Shown here one piece after another: positions 9,879-19,318 of a stretch of DNA of 64,000 nt. The stretch comes from Ostreococcus lucimarinus (taxonomy: Eukaryota): assembly GCA_000092065.1 (NCBI GenBank), contig CP000601.1. One strand, given 5' to 3'. A program made the translations under genes and the position numbers. Under the pieces are notes generated by a model. That model searched no databases. It had not been told where the DNA came from and saw only the letters and a list, made by a program, of their open reading frames with translations. Numbering within the stretch: position 1 is the first letter of the stretch; the number at the start of each line of letters is the position of its first letter.

Positions 9879-11633
9879 TTACTTGGAGCCTTCGCCTTCG
9901 GCGCCGGAAGAACTTCGGGAGCCTTCTTTCGAACCTTCGTTCGAACCTTCGTTCGAGCCGTGACCGTACTCGTCCACTCCCTTGCCTTCGACTTCGCCGA
10001 CCTTGTTCGCCTCGCTCGCGTTGGTTTCGTTCGACTTTGGTTTGTTGTCCGATCCGTTTGAGACGTTTTCAGTCGTCGTCGTCGTCGTCGTCGTTTCATC
10101 GTTGTTTCGAGTGAACTGTCCGCGAACGCGAGGACGGGATTCCGAGAGCTTTTGTCGCGAAGGGTAAAGAACTTTCTTTTCGAAGTTCCTTTCCTTGCGC
10201 TTCTTCAAAAAGCGTCGAATCGCCGCGGCGCGATGCTCGGCGGCTTGGCTCGAGCTCGTCTGCTGGGTGTGATCGGCCGCAGTTTGTAAAACGTTGAAAA
10301 ACGGATTCGCCATATACGATTGATCCATCACTGAAGCGTCGACCGAAGACGCCGCCACCGCGGCGGCGGCGGCGGCGGCGGCGGAGAATTGGTTCATATC
10401 GGCGTACGGCGGCATCGGCGGCGGCACGGGCATTTCCATCTTCGGCATAATCGGTCCGTAAAATTTGGCGAAATCTGACGGTGGCATCATGGAAGACGCT
10501 TCATAAAACGAGTGATGCTGCTGCGTCAAGTCAACGCTCATCATTTGCACCGCGGTATCCTTGTTTTCGTTCTTAAGGTAGTTTTGAAACCCCTTGAACG
10601 CCGAACGCGAGTTTGATCGTCGAACGACGACGTGCTCAGACGCGTGCTCTGGTAAAGAGAGTTCGAGCATAGTCGTTGCCCCACCGTGCGCCTTGATGAG
10701 TTGCACGCTCAAGCCGCGGAACTTTTCGCCGTCGTTTGGATCACGCTGGCCCGACCCCGAGCCTTCGTGGGAGCCGCTACCGCTTCCCGTGCCTTGACCC
10801 GAGCCGCCCGAGCCGCAGTCTCCCGACCCACCCTCGCGACTGGCCCATCGATCGATCGCTTCGGCTTCGGCGCGTCTCGTGAGCGGTTTTTCGTTGTATT
10901 GATTATCGCTCCCCGAATCGTTTTGCCCACCGCCCGAGCCCCCCGCGACTTTTTCCCTGCTCGTGAGCTTGGTGAGCGACGACTTTGCGCTCCCGCCGAC
11001 GTTGTCGTTTGGATCCATGCAGTTCCCCGAACCCGAACCCTCACCTTCAACGCTACCACTTTCGTGGCTTTTTAACGCCCGCGTGTGCGCCAAGCTCTCC
11101 TTCAACTCGATGCGGTTCACCGGTTTCGTCAAGAAACCGGCGGCGCCCGAATTTTCAAATCGCGTCTTGCACGCCTTGCGCTCGTCCACGGTGGACATGA
11201 TGACGATCGGCACCCCGCGCAGGGTTTCGTTCGCCTTACACGCCTCCACCAGTTCGACTTCCCCGTCGAGTTCGGGCATCAACACGTCGAGCAAAATCAT
11301 ATCCACCGACGTGTCCTCCCTCGCGCTCTTCGGCGCCCCCCGCAAGACGTCCAAGACTTCGTTCCCATTCGTCGCCGCCACCACCTCCACCCCGAGCTCG
11401 CGCAGCATCGATTCCACCATCTTTCGCGTGTGCGCGTCGTCCGTCGCCAGCAGCACTCTCAAGTGCGCGCCCGCGTCGTTCAACCTCGGTCGCGCGCTCT
11501 TCCCATTCGTCTTCGCGCGCGCGCGTCCCGCGCGTCCCCCCCCCCCGCCCGCGTTTCTCGCGCTCGCGTCCTCGACCGCGTCCGCGAGCGCGTCCGCGAG
11601 TCGCGTCGCGCCCATCGCGTCGTCGTCCCGCAT
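9879..11633 (-). CDS. TOC1: TOC1-like pseudo-response regulator: N-terminal receiver domain plus C-terminal CCT motif
   Basis: The receiver reads LRVLLATDDAHTRKMVESMLRELGVEVVAATNGNEVL...DMILLDVLMPELDG...VPIVIMST...FLTKP. The C-terminal CCT motif reads RAAAIRRFLKKRKERNFEKKVLYPSRQKLSESRPRVRGQFTRN. The middle is low-complexity Gly/Ser with a poly-Thr run. The ATG at 11633 was confirmed. Confidence 0.75.
   Translation of the reverse strand: MRDDDAMGATRLADALADAVEDASARNAGGGGGRAGRARAKTNGKSARPRLNDAGAHLRVLLATDDAHTRKMVESMLRELGVEVVAATNGNEVLDVLRGAPKSAREDTSVDMILLDVLMPELDGEVELVEACKANETLRGVPIVIMSTVDERKACKTRFENSGAAGFLTKPVNRIELKESLAHTRALKSHESGSVEGEGSGSGNCMDPNDNVGGSAKSSLTKLTSREKVAGGSGGGQNDSGSDNQYNEKPLTRRAEAEAIDRWASREGGSGDCGSGGSGQGTGSGSGSHEGSGSGQRDPNDGEKFRGLSVQLIKAHGGATTMLELSLPEHASEHVVVRRSNSRSAFKGFQNYLKNENKDTAVQMMSVDLTQQHHSFYEASSMMPPSDFAKFYGPIMPKMEMPVPPPMPPYADMNQFSAAAAAAAAVAASSVDASVMDQSYMANPFFNVLQTAADHTQQTSSSQAAEHRAAAIRRFLKKRKERNFEKKVLYPSRQKLSESRPRVRGQFTRNNDETTTTTTTTENVSNGSDNKPKSNETNASEANKVGEVEGKGVDEYGHGSNEGSNEGSKEGSRSSSGAEGEGSK
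10072..10092. repeat. (GTC)7 coding microsatellite, encoding poly-Thr in the TOC1-like gene on the minus strand
   Basis: gtcgtcgtcgtcgtcgtcgtc read directly from the sequence. It translates as TTTTTTT within the ORF 9879..11633. Confidence 0.7.
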
Positions 11634-12057
11634 CGTCGCTCGCGCCCGTCGCCGCGCCTCCGTCGCGTCGTCGAGCGCGGTCCGGACGACGCGACGGACG
11701 CTGGTTTTCGCGCCGCGCCGCGCCGCGCCGCGCCGCGCGTCGATCGCGCCGCCGCGTCGATCGTCGCGCGCGTCGTGTGCCTGAGAATGCGGGGCGCGCG
11801 CGACGCGCGATCGACGAGTCGCGACCCGGCGCGGGGGGGCTCGAGCGAATCTTTTCGACGACGCTTTTTCGCCGCGAAAAAGCGAAACGCGGGATATTCG
11901 CAGACGTGTGATAAATGTACGTATTACACGCGTGTTGAAGGGTATGCAAAAGGGATCTCCCGCAATGATGCGTCCCGTTGAAAATATCTTCGAGCCGACG
12001 GCGGCGCGGTGGGCGGTCGGTCGCTCGGCGACGCCGGGCCGGGACGGGAAGGCGGAC

Positions 12058-13008
12058 TCACGCGCTCGAGGCGAGGGCGGCGGCGACGTCGGAGCCGAGG
12101 GCGGAGGCGAGATAATCGCCGATCGACGCGAACGGACGCGCGACGGCGAGGTCGAGGGCGAATAAGGCGAACCAAAACGCGCTGGGACGCGTCAAAAAGG
12201 CGCGGACGTAGTCGGCGTCCGACGAGACGACGTCGCGCGCGCGAAGTGAGGCGCCGAACGTGGACCAGTTCAGGAGCCAAATCAAACCAAACGTGCCGTG
12301 AGCCCATATCGTGGGGAGACCGGGTCTCGCGGCTTCGAGCGCGGCGACGGAGGCGACGTCGAGGACGCGCTGCGCCGGGAAAATTTGAGCTCCGAAACCG
12401 AGCGTGCCGAGCCACACCGCGAGCGCGGCGCGCTTGTCGTCCTTCGTGAACAGGACGATGTATGCCGACGTCATCGTTTGCCACACGAATGGCAACCACG
12501 CCAACCAAAGGGTGTCCAATCCGGGGACTCTGAGCGCGGGATCGACGACGCCCGCGAAGCGAACGCACTCCCACGTCAACACGAACTGAAACGCGATCGA
12601 TCGCGCGCTGAGCTCGGTTTTCCGCCAACCGCGGCTCTTTGAAAGTGGTAGTCCACTCAACGCGCACACCGTCGCCAGCGTGAGCGCGACGCCGGTCAAC
12701 GCGGGGTCCAGCCCCGGAGTCGCGCCGCCACCGCTCGTCAGCGCCGTCGCGTCGTCCAGCGCCCACTGGCCCATCATTCCCGCCCCTAGCGCGGTATATA
12801 ACGTTCCCGACACCGCGTGCGTGTGATACTTGTCCGCCTTGGTCCACATCCTGCGAAACGCGCGCTCGGGAGTCATTTCGTCGTCCTTTGAGCTCGTCGA
12901 CGCCTTCGCGCTCGTCGACGCCCGCGCGCGCGCGCTCGTCGACGCGCGCGCGCGTGGAGACGCGCATGACGACACTGTGTGCTTCGGCCACGCGTGGACG
13001 CGAGACAT
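12058..13008 (-). CDS. Hypothetical polytopic membrane protein
   Basis: 316 aa with several hydrophobic segments (LTGVALTLATVCALSGLPL, TLWLAWLPFVWQTMTSAYIVLF, GTFGLIWLLNW). I recognise no family. An Arg-rich ORF in another frame (11924..13057) was rejected. Confidence 0.35.
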   Translation of the reverse strand: MSRVHAWPKHTVSSCASPRARASTSARARASTSAKASTSSKDDEMTPERAFRRMWTKADKYHTHAVSGTLYTALGAGMMGQWALDDATALTSGGGATPGLDPALTGVALTLATVCALSGLPLSKSRGWRKTELSARSIAFQFVLTWECVRFAGVVDPALRVPGLDTLWLAWLPFVWQTMTSAYIVLFTKDDKRAALAVWLGTLGFGAQIFPAQRVLDVASVAALEAARPGLPTIWAHGTFGLIWLLNWSTFGASLRARDVVSSDADYVRAFLTRPSAFWFALFALDLAVARPFASIGDYLASALGSDVAAALASSA

Positions 13009-13130
13009 CGTCCGCGATGACGGTGCGCGCGCGCGTGTGCGGGGCGGCGCTATTCACACGTCGAGTATACAGAGCTACTTATTACGACACCCACACATCG
13101 GAGGCGCTACTAGGCGTGACTGCGCTGTGA

Positions 13131-15347
13131 TCACGACGTGTCCATCTTCACCGCCGCGTTGACTTTGATTTTATCGATGAAGTGAATTGTTTCGGCTTTG
13201 GAGACCAACAAGTTGCATGACGTGCGACCGCGCCAGCACGCGATGGCGAGGTCCGCCTTGCTGACGTTGATGGCGGCCAGATCTTCATCGCGAGGAACGA
13301 GAATGCAGCATCCCAAAGTGAGATCGAGCAAGGCTTTTTTGGTTTCGGCGCAAGAGATGACGGCGCGTTGCGGCGCCTCTGCGCTGTACTCAAACGCCAA
13401 CGTGCGACGTTCAAGGATGGCTTTAAAGTCGTCAAAAGTCGGGCGAATGATGCGCTTTCTCACGAACGGGAACATCATCGGTATTCCGTCTTGCGTGAGA
13501 CGGAAATCACACATCGCACCAGAAGTTTCTTCTTGTTCTTTGACTTCATCCTTGATTTCCTGGCGCTCGAACGCCTTGAGCCCGCACGACGTCACGCGAA
13601 GACTTTCGTTGACGTCGCACGCTAAGTACTGGCGCAAGGAGTCGGTGATGGTGTACACACGCTTCGGTCGTGAAGTGTCCGCAGTGCGTGTGACACAATT
13701 TTTGTGTAACGCAATGTCATCGCTTTCGATACCGTAGACACTGTAGATGCTATTGATCACCTTCGGATCGTTCACCGGAAGCACAGGATCGATGCCGAGC
13801 CATCGACTGCCCCCGTTCGGACCCGTCGCGCCTCTGTGTGGGAGCAAATACTCGCCTTTGTCGTCGACTTCCGGAGGTATAGACGCAGTCTGACCCTTGC
13901 GGGCCAACGTGATCACCTCATGTGACATCTCGATCTCGTTCTTCGCGTTCACGTTGAGCGAAAGGCGAACACGCTCCTTCACAGTTTGCTTCTTTGCGTT
14001 CACGTCTTCTTTGATCTCCATGGGCTTAACTTTCTGGAATACGGCGACAAAGAATCCACCAGTGTCTTGATGATGAGGCAAAAGTCGCAGACATCGCTCC
14101 AACGGCAGTTTCTTCGTCTCTTCGTCGGAGAACATCGTCTCGCAGAGCTTGAACATTTGCTCCTCGCCTCGAAAGCTTGGGTGATAGCCAAACTTATCCC
14201 ACACTTGCCAATCGCGCAATCCAGGGCTACGCTTCAAGTCTGGCAATTCGTCACTCACATCGAGAAGCTCCAAAGCACCATCGCATTCCTTCAACAACGC
14301 CGCCACGACAGCTTCGTTTTCAATCGGATTCAGCGAGCACGTGCTGTACACGAGACGACCGCCCACCTTGAGGAGCTGAGCACCGCGAGCAGCGATTCTA
14401 AGCTGTAAGGTATGCAAACCGTTACCATTACCAGGAGTCCATCTGTTCCAGATATCCGGTGCCTTGCGCATCGTCGCGTCGCCCGAGCACGGTACGTCGC
14501 ACAGGATGGCGTCAAAGTCGAAGAGTTCACCCTTTGGGCCTTTGATGATGGGATAGTTTTGCGCTTCATGATTGGTCACGAGTAACGTCGGTGAGTTCGC
14601 TCGCTTCGTTTGATGCGTCAGTAAGTTGCAACGCTTCAAATCGACGTCATTGGCGACGACGATTCCGGTGGGAAGCTTGGTGTTGCCGTCAAAATCACCG
14701 TGCATGCGTTCCAAAATCTGAAACGTCTTGCTTCCCGGCGACGCGCACATGTCCAAAATTCGATGATGCGGTTGCGCATCCAAGAAAAACGGAGGAATCA
14801 TCGATACTGCCTCTTGCCTAGAGATCGACCCGAGCTCGTTAGCGTTCTTGATGAAGTCGAAAATTCCTTGCAGCGCCGGCAACCGTCGCAACTGCGCTCG
14901 CGTATAACTACACTGCCACGCCAATCGCTCGGGATACCACGCCAACGGCTTCGGCGGCGGTAATTCATTTTGTTCCTCATCTTTCAATTCCTCTTTGAGC
15001 AATTCCGCGAACAGTGTCCCCTCCAATTGGTCTCGCATATCCGTCGCGAACTTTCCACTTCCATTGATTCTAAACGTCATCGGCAACGGCGACCGCATGC
15101 AGTCCAAAAACGTCTCCCACTCGCTCTCCGGGACGATATTCTGGGCTTTGTAGTACGTCTCAAACGCTTTGTTCGTCTTCTGGATGTCGTGATAGCCGTC
15201 GTGCGCGTTCCCTCGTTCACCTCGCGCATCCATGCCGCCGCCGCCGTCGCGTTTTTGTCGCTTGAAGTCGCGCGCGAAGGCGCCGCTTTGAGGACCGTTC
15301 CCGCGACCACCGCCTCCTCGACGCTTGTTAAATCGACCCCGACCCAT
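13131..15347 (-). CDS. NOL1/NOP2/Sun-family RNA (cytosine-5)-methyltransferase, NSUN2-like
   Basis: The SAM-binding motif (ILDMCASPGSKT) and both catalytic Cys motifs (DAILCDVPCSGDATMRK and LVYSTCSLNPIENE) are present. The ATG at 15347 was confirmed. Confidence 0.85.
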   Translation of the reverse strand: MGRGRFNKRRGGGGRGNGPQSGAFARDFKRQKRDGGGGMDARGERGNAHDGYHDIQKTNKAFETYYKAQNIVPESEWETFLDCMRSPLPMTFRINGSGKFATDMRDQLEGTLFAELLKEELKDEEQNELPPPKPLAWYPERLAWQCSYTRAQLRRLPALQGIFDFIKNANELGSISRQEAVSMIPPFFLDAQPHHRILDMCASPGSKTFQILERMHGDFDGNTKLPTGIVVANDVDLKRCNLLTHQTKRANSPTLLVTNHEAQNYPIIKGPKGELFDFDAILCDVPCSGDATMRKAPDIWNRWTPGNGNGLHTLQLRIAARGAQLLKVGGRLVYSTCSLNPIENEAVVAALLKECDGALELLDVSDELPDLKRSPGLRDWQVWDKFGYHPSFRGEEQMFKLCETMFSDEETKKLPLERCLRLLPHHQDTGGFFVAVFQKVKPMEIKEDVNAKKQTVKERVRLSLNVNAKNEIEMSHEVITLARKGQTASIPPEVDDKGEYLLPHRGATGPNGGSRWLGIDPVLPVNDPKVINSIYSVYGIESDDIALHKNCVTRTADTSRPKRVYTITDSLRQYLACDVNESLRVTSCGLKAFERQEIKDEVKEQEETSGAMCDFRLTQDGIPMMFPFVRKRIIRPTFDDFKAILERRTLAFEYSAEAPQRAVISCAETKKALLDLTLGCCILVPRDEDLAAINVSKADLAIACWRGRTSCNLLVSKAETIHFIDKIKVNAAVKMDTS

Positions 15348-15479
15348 TTCGAGGGAAGTTCCGTCGCGCGCGCGCGAGTGCGGCGGCGACTCGATCGCGA
15401 TTGCTTTGGCGGCCGTGAGGTCAAAAAGTCTCTGACAATCATCGCGAATACAATTTATTACAATTTGGCCGCAACCGCG

Positions 15480-17030
15480 CTAAGATAATATGAATACAAT
15501 GAACAGAGACAATGCAGTGCCGAGGAATATACCGGCGACGAGGGCAAAGCTGAGGACGACGCCCTCGGCTTGACGTTTTGAGAGCGGCGCGCGGCTGGCG
15601 CCGTGCATCATGGCGACGCTCGCGAGCCAACCATTCGTCACCGCGAGGGCGGATATGAAGAGGAAGGGGAAGAAGTCGGACGCAAACACGGTGGGCACGC
15701 GCCAGTTCGGCGTGGTGACGTTGCAGGCGGCGAGAAACGGGATGAAGGCGAATCGAAGCGTCGCCGCGCGCCGCAACGACGCGCCTCTCGGCGGCGTCTT
15801 GGGATACATTCCAGCCAGATGTCGGCCGAGAAAATCGCCCAAGTTGAAGAGTAAGAATAATACCGGCGACCAAAACGCTCCCATTGCGCCGTGCGAGCTC
15901 TCGATTGAGCTCGTGATTGCCGGAAACGCGCAGAGGCTGGCGATAAACGTCAACGCGACGGCGAGTCTATAATCGCGACTCTCGTCGCCGAAATCCTCCA
16001 CGCCTGTGGAAGCTCTCAACGGCGCGCCCTCGACGTCGCTGTCGTACTCATCGACGTCATCATCCCGTAGGAGCGCGTTCATCTCCGACCGGCGCCCATC
16101 TCGATGCCGCTCGACCCCAGTGAGCTCTTCGAATGCGGGCGTCTTGTCCAATCGCGCCGCCGTCGCCGCGCAACCCAGCACCACCGCCGCGGCGACGTAA
16201 AAATACGCCTGTGCGCCTTTCGCGGACGACGAGGACGAAACTGATCCCCCACCATACGCAGTCGTCGCCAGCGCCACCAAAGAAACCACCACCCCACTCA
16301 CCGCCTGCCCGCTCATCGCGCCCTGCGCGAACTCGGGCGGCAACCGACTCGCGAGCGCGAACCCCCCGGACTGCGCCACCGCCGTCGCCAATCCGACCAC
16401 CACGATCACCCCTAGCGTCTGCGCGAATACGACGTCCATTTTCACCCGTTCCACGCCCGCGACGACCCCACACGTCCATATCCCCACCGCCGCGATTCCC
16501 AGCGCGCTCGCCGTCGCTCGCGAACCCGTCGCCGCGCCGCGCGCGTCCCCATATTTCACCAACCCCGCGCATCCGATCAGATTGCTCAGCGCGTACGCGT
16601 TCGCGAACGTCCCTTCGAAATTCGCCGCGAAGAACGACCCATCGTTCGCGCCATCGTTCGCGAACCGTCGCGCGAAGTACGCGCGCTCGGTGATGAAGAC
16701 GTTCCACGGGAACAGCGTCCCCACGCCCACGGCGACGAAGCGCGCGTACAGCGCGCGCGCCGGCGTCATCGAGGCGCGCGTCGCTCGAGACGCGTTCGCG
16801 TCGTCGCCCGCGCGTCGGCGTCGCGCGTCGGCGTCGGCGTCGACATCGTTCGCGTCGTCGTCGTCGTTCGCGTCATCGACCGTCGGGACCGACGCGTCGG
16901 CGGCGGCGGCGGCGATCGCGTCGCGCGCGCCGCGCTCGGAGTCCCCGCTCGCGCGCGTCGCCGGCGTCGCGCGCATCGCGCCCGCGGCGAGGCGCGCTCT
17001 GCGGCGTCGCGCCATTCGTCGACGCATCAT
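15480..17030 (-). CDS. Equilibrative nucleoside transporter (ENT/SLC29 family)
   Basis: The ENT signature LFPWNVFITERAYF is present and there are about 11 hydrophobic segments. The ORF begins with ATGATG at 17030, but the real start may be one of several internal Met codons. Confidence 0.75.
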   Translation of the reverse strand: MMRRRMARRRRARLAAGAMRATPATRASGDSERGARDAIAAAAADASVPTVDDANDDDDANDVDADADARRRRAGDDANASRATRASMTPARALYARFVAVGVGTLFPWNVFITERAYFARRFANDGANDGSFFAANFEGTFANAYALSNLIGCAGLVKYGDARGAATGSRATASALGIAAVGIWTCGVVAGVERVKMDVVFAQTLGVIVVVGLATAVAQSGGFALASRLPPEFAQGAMSGQAVSGVVVSLVALATTAYGGGSVSSSSSAKGAQAYFYVAAAVVLGCAATAARLDKTPAFEELTGVERHRDGRRSEMNALLRDDDVDEYDSDVEGAPLRASTGVEDFGDESRDYRLAVALTFIASLCAFPAITSSIESSHGAMGAFWSPVLFLLFNLGDFLGRHLAGMYPKTPPRGASLRRAATLRFAFIPFLAACNVTTPNWRVPTVFASDFFPFLFISALAVTNGWLASVAMMHGASRAPLSKRQAEGVVLSFALVAGIFLGTALSLFIVFILS

Positions 17031-17041
17031 CGATCGAGACG

Positions 17042-17690
17042 ATGACGTTCGCGACGACGACGCGCGCGACGACGACGACGGCGCGATGCGCGACGACGCG
17101 ACGCGCGACGACGCGACGCGCGCGCGGCGTGTTCGCGGCCGCGCGGTCGAGCGCGACGCGCGCGCGCGCGACGACGAAGACGATGACGACGACGCGAAGG
17201 CTGGAATCGCCGCGCGTCGGGAAGACCACGCGCACGCGCGCGACGCCCGCGGACGATGAAGGCGACGTGCCGTTCGGGTACACGCGCGCGGACGTGATGC
17301 TGATCGGGACCGGGGTCACGGGCGCGGGATTCGCGGCGTACTACGGGTTGCAATCGTTCGCGGGGATGGATTCGACGAAGGCGGGCAACGCGGTGCAGTT
17401 GACGTTCGTGCTCGGATTGACGCTCGCGTGGGTGGGGTCGTACGTCATGCGAGTGTTCAATAAGGACATGACTTACGCGAAGCAGTTGAAGGATGTGCGT
17501 GCGAAGCGAACGAGGCGAGAGCGCGAGACGAAACGCGAAGGAGAAAGAAAACGCGAACCGAAGACTGACGCTCAGACGTTTCGTTTCGACGATGGTTAAA
17601 CAGTACGAAAACGCGGTGATGCAAAAGCGTTTGGAAGAAATGCCGGCGAGCGAGCTGGAGAAGATGATGGACGAATTGGACGAGAAGTGA
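17042..17690 (+). CDS. Small plastid-type membrane protein (DUF3007-like), two exons: join(17042..17494,17604..17690)
   Basis: Exon 1 carries a Thr/Arg/Ala-rich transit-like N-terminus, then GFAAYYGL...LGLTLAWVGSYVMRVFNKDMTYAKQLKD. The donor is GAT|GTGCGT, and the acceptor (aacag|TAC) joins in frame to YENAVMQKRLEEMPASELEKMMDELDEK. The spliced product matches my memory of the cyanobacterial/chloroplast DUF3007 pattern. Confidence 0.5.
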
Positions 17691-17731
17691 GTAGTGTTCT
17701 ATTGCAGTGTAAGTGCGGCGCTTTTATCAGT

Positions 17732-18742
17732 TTATCCTCTCGCCCTGGCGCGACGCGCCTCCTCTTCCCCGGCTAAACGATCGCTCACGCTCACCATCCC
17801 ACGACGGTCGAGGAACGGATACTCGCCCACCCAGACGTTAAGGAACGGAAAATACGCCTCGCGAACGGCTTGAAACGTGTAAAAGTACGGGTCGTCTGAT
17901 GTCACGATGAGCTCGACGTCGTCGCCTACGTTGATATCCGCGTACTCCGCTTTTAAAGGAACTTTCAGCGGTACTCGCGCCCCGGATCTATCTCCGACGA
18001 CTAGGTTAAACATCCAATCTACGCTCGACGTCCCGCGCGTCTCCACGGGCTCGACTGAGATGACTCTGGCGCGCCACAGGCCCGCGTATTTAGCGCTTCG
18101 CACCTTTGAGTTACGTCGCGCCGCTAACGCCACGGGTGCCCACAAAAAAAACGTGCTCGCGGGCACGGCGAGCGCCGGCGCCGCATTCGCGGTCAACACC
18201 GTCGTCAACAGCGACAACCCCACGCGTTGAAACGCGGTATCGTTATCCCCCCAAAAGTACCCGTATTGCTCCCCCGTCGCCGCGATGGGCAGCACGCGTT
18301 CGTAATCCCGCTGCGTCAGCACCAGCACGTTCGGTCGCGCTCCACCTCGATCCCGTCGCTCGTTTCGTCGCTCTCGCGGTTCCCTTCGCGCCGCTCGCCG
18401 TTGTCGCGTCGACGCCGACGCCGTCGCCCCTCGCGCGCGTCGCGCCTCGTCCTCGTCCAGCCACCGCGCGTCCTCGGCCGCGCGTCCCGACGCGCTCGCG
18501 CTCGCGTCGTCGTCGTCGTCGTCGTCCATCATAGCGTCGTCCGCGTCCGCACCGCGTCGAGCGACGCGAAGCGCGCGTCCGCGGCGCGTCGTCGAGCCGC
18601 CGCCGGAATTGAATGCCCGCGCGATTCCCTCGCGACTCCTTCGCCGCGCGCGCGCCGCGCCGTTCGTCGCCGCGCGCGTCGTCGCGCGCGATGTCCACCG
18701 CGTCGTCGGCGCGCGCGCGCGCGCGTCGACCGACGCGGACAT
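17732..18742 (-). CDS. Conserved-looking hypothetical protein, possibly organellar
   Basis: The C-terminal ~200 aa are non-repetitive (YGYFWGDNDTAFQRVGLSLLTTVLTANAA...YFPFLNVWVGEYPFLDRRGMVSVSDRL). The N-terminus is Arg-rich, and an internal Met (MMDDDD, ~18532) may be the true start. Confidence 0.4.
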   Translation of the reverse strand: MSASVDARARAPTTRWTSRATTRAATNGAARARRRSREGIARAFNSGGGSTTRRGRALRVARRGADADDAMMDDDDDDDASASASGRAAEDARWLDEDEARRARGATASASTRQRRAARREPRERRNERRDRGGARPNVLVLTQRDYERVLPIAATGEQYGYFWGDNDTAFQRVGLSLLTTVLTANAAPALAVPASTFFLWAPVALAARRNSKVRSAKYAGLWRARVISVEPVETRGTSSVDWMFNLVVGDRSGARVPLKVPLKAEYADINVGDDVELIVTSDDPYFYTFQAVREAYFPFLNVWVGEYPFLDRRGMVSVSDRLAGEEEARRARARG

Positions 18743-18795
18743 CGCGCGACGCCGCAGACGCCGGCGCGCGGCGCTGTGTCGCGCGACCGACGGTG

Positions 18796-19260
18796 ATGCG
18801 CGCGCGAATCGTCGCGCGCGCGCTCGCGCGGTCGTCCGCGGCGCGGCGCGGGATGTCCGCGACGTCGTCGACGCGCGCGGACGCGCTGCGCGAGCGCAGG
18901 ACGTTCACGGCGGACGATTGCGCGGCGTTCGCGCGGTTGACGGGCGATGAGAATCCGATTCACTTCGACGACGGCGCGGTGGGTGACGGCGAGAATCGAT
19001 TGCGAGGACGCGCGGTGCACGGAATGCTGGCGGCGAGCGCGTTCGGGGCGCTGCTGGCGCGCGCGAGGCCGGGGACGGTGTACGCGAGCCAAGAGTTGAA
19101 ATTCAGGGAACCGGTGCGCGTGGACGAGGAGCTGGAGATTGAGTTGAAATTGGTGAAACGATCGGGAACGAGGGCGCGGTACGAGACGGTGGTGCGGAAA
19201 GTGAAGTGTGGGACGGTGTGCGTCGATGGGCACGCGCTGGCGCTGTTGCCGGAGGAGTAG
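18796..19260 (+). CDS. MaoC-like (R)-hydratase / hot-dog fold dehydratase
   Basis: The hot-dog motif reads FTADDCAAFARLTGDENPIHFDDGAVGDGENRLRGRAVHGMLAASAF...ELEIELKLVKRSG. The track ORF starts at 18613, and I chose an internal Met because the upstream part overlaps the neighbouring gene and is Arg-rich. The exact start is uncertain. Confidence 0.55.
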   Translation: MRARIVARALARSSAARRGMSATSSTRADALRERRTFTADDCAAFARLTGDENPIHFDDGAVGDGENRLRGRAVHGMLAASAFGALLARARPGTVYASQELKFREPVRVDEELEIELKLVKRSGTRARYETVVRKVKCGTVCVDGHALALLPEE

Positions 19261-19318
19261 GCTGTCGTAGAGGGGTGTAATTTTATCTAGGCGCGCGAGC
19301 GATGTTGCAACAATATAT

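Noticed and set aside
11924-13057. 377-aa minus-strand ORF, Arg/Asp/Gly-rich
   Set aside because: It is extremely low in complexity (RRRR, GVGN), overlaps the more plausible 316-aa membrane-protein ORF in another frame, and is typical of GC-driven open frames.
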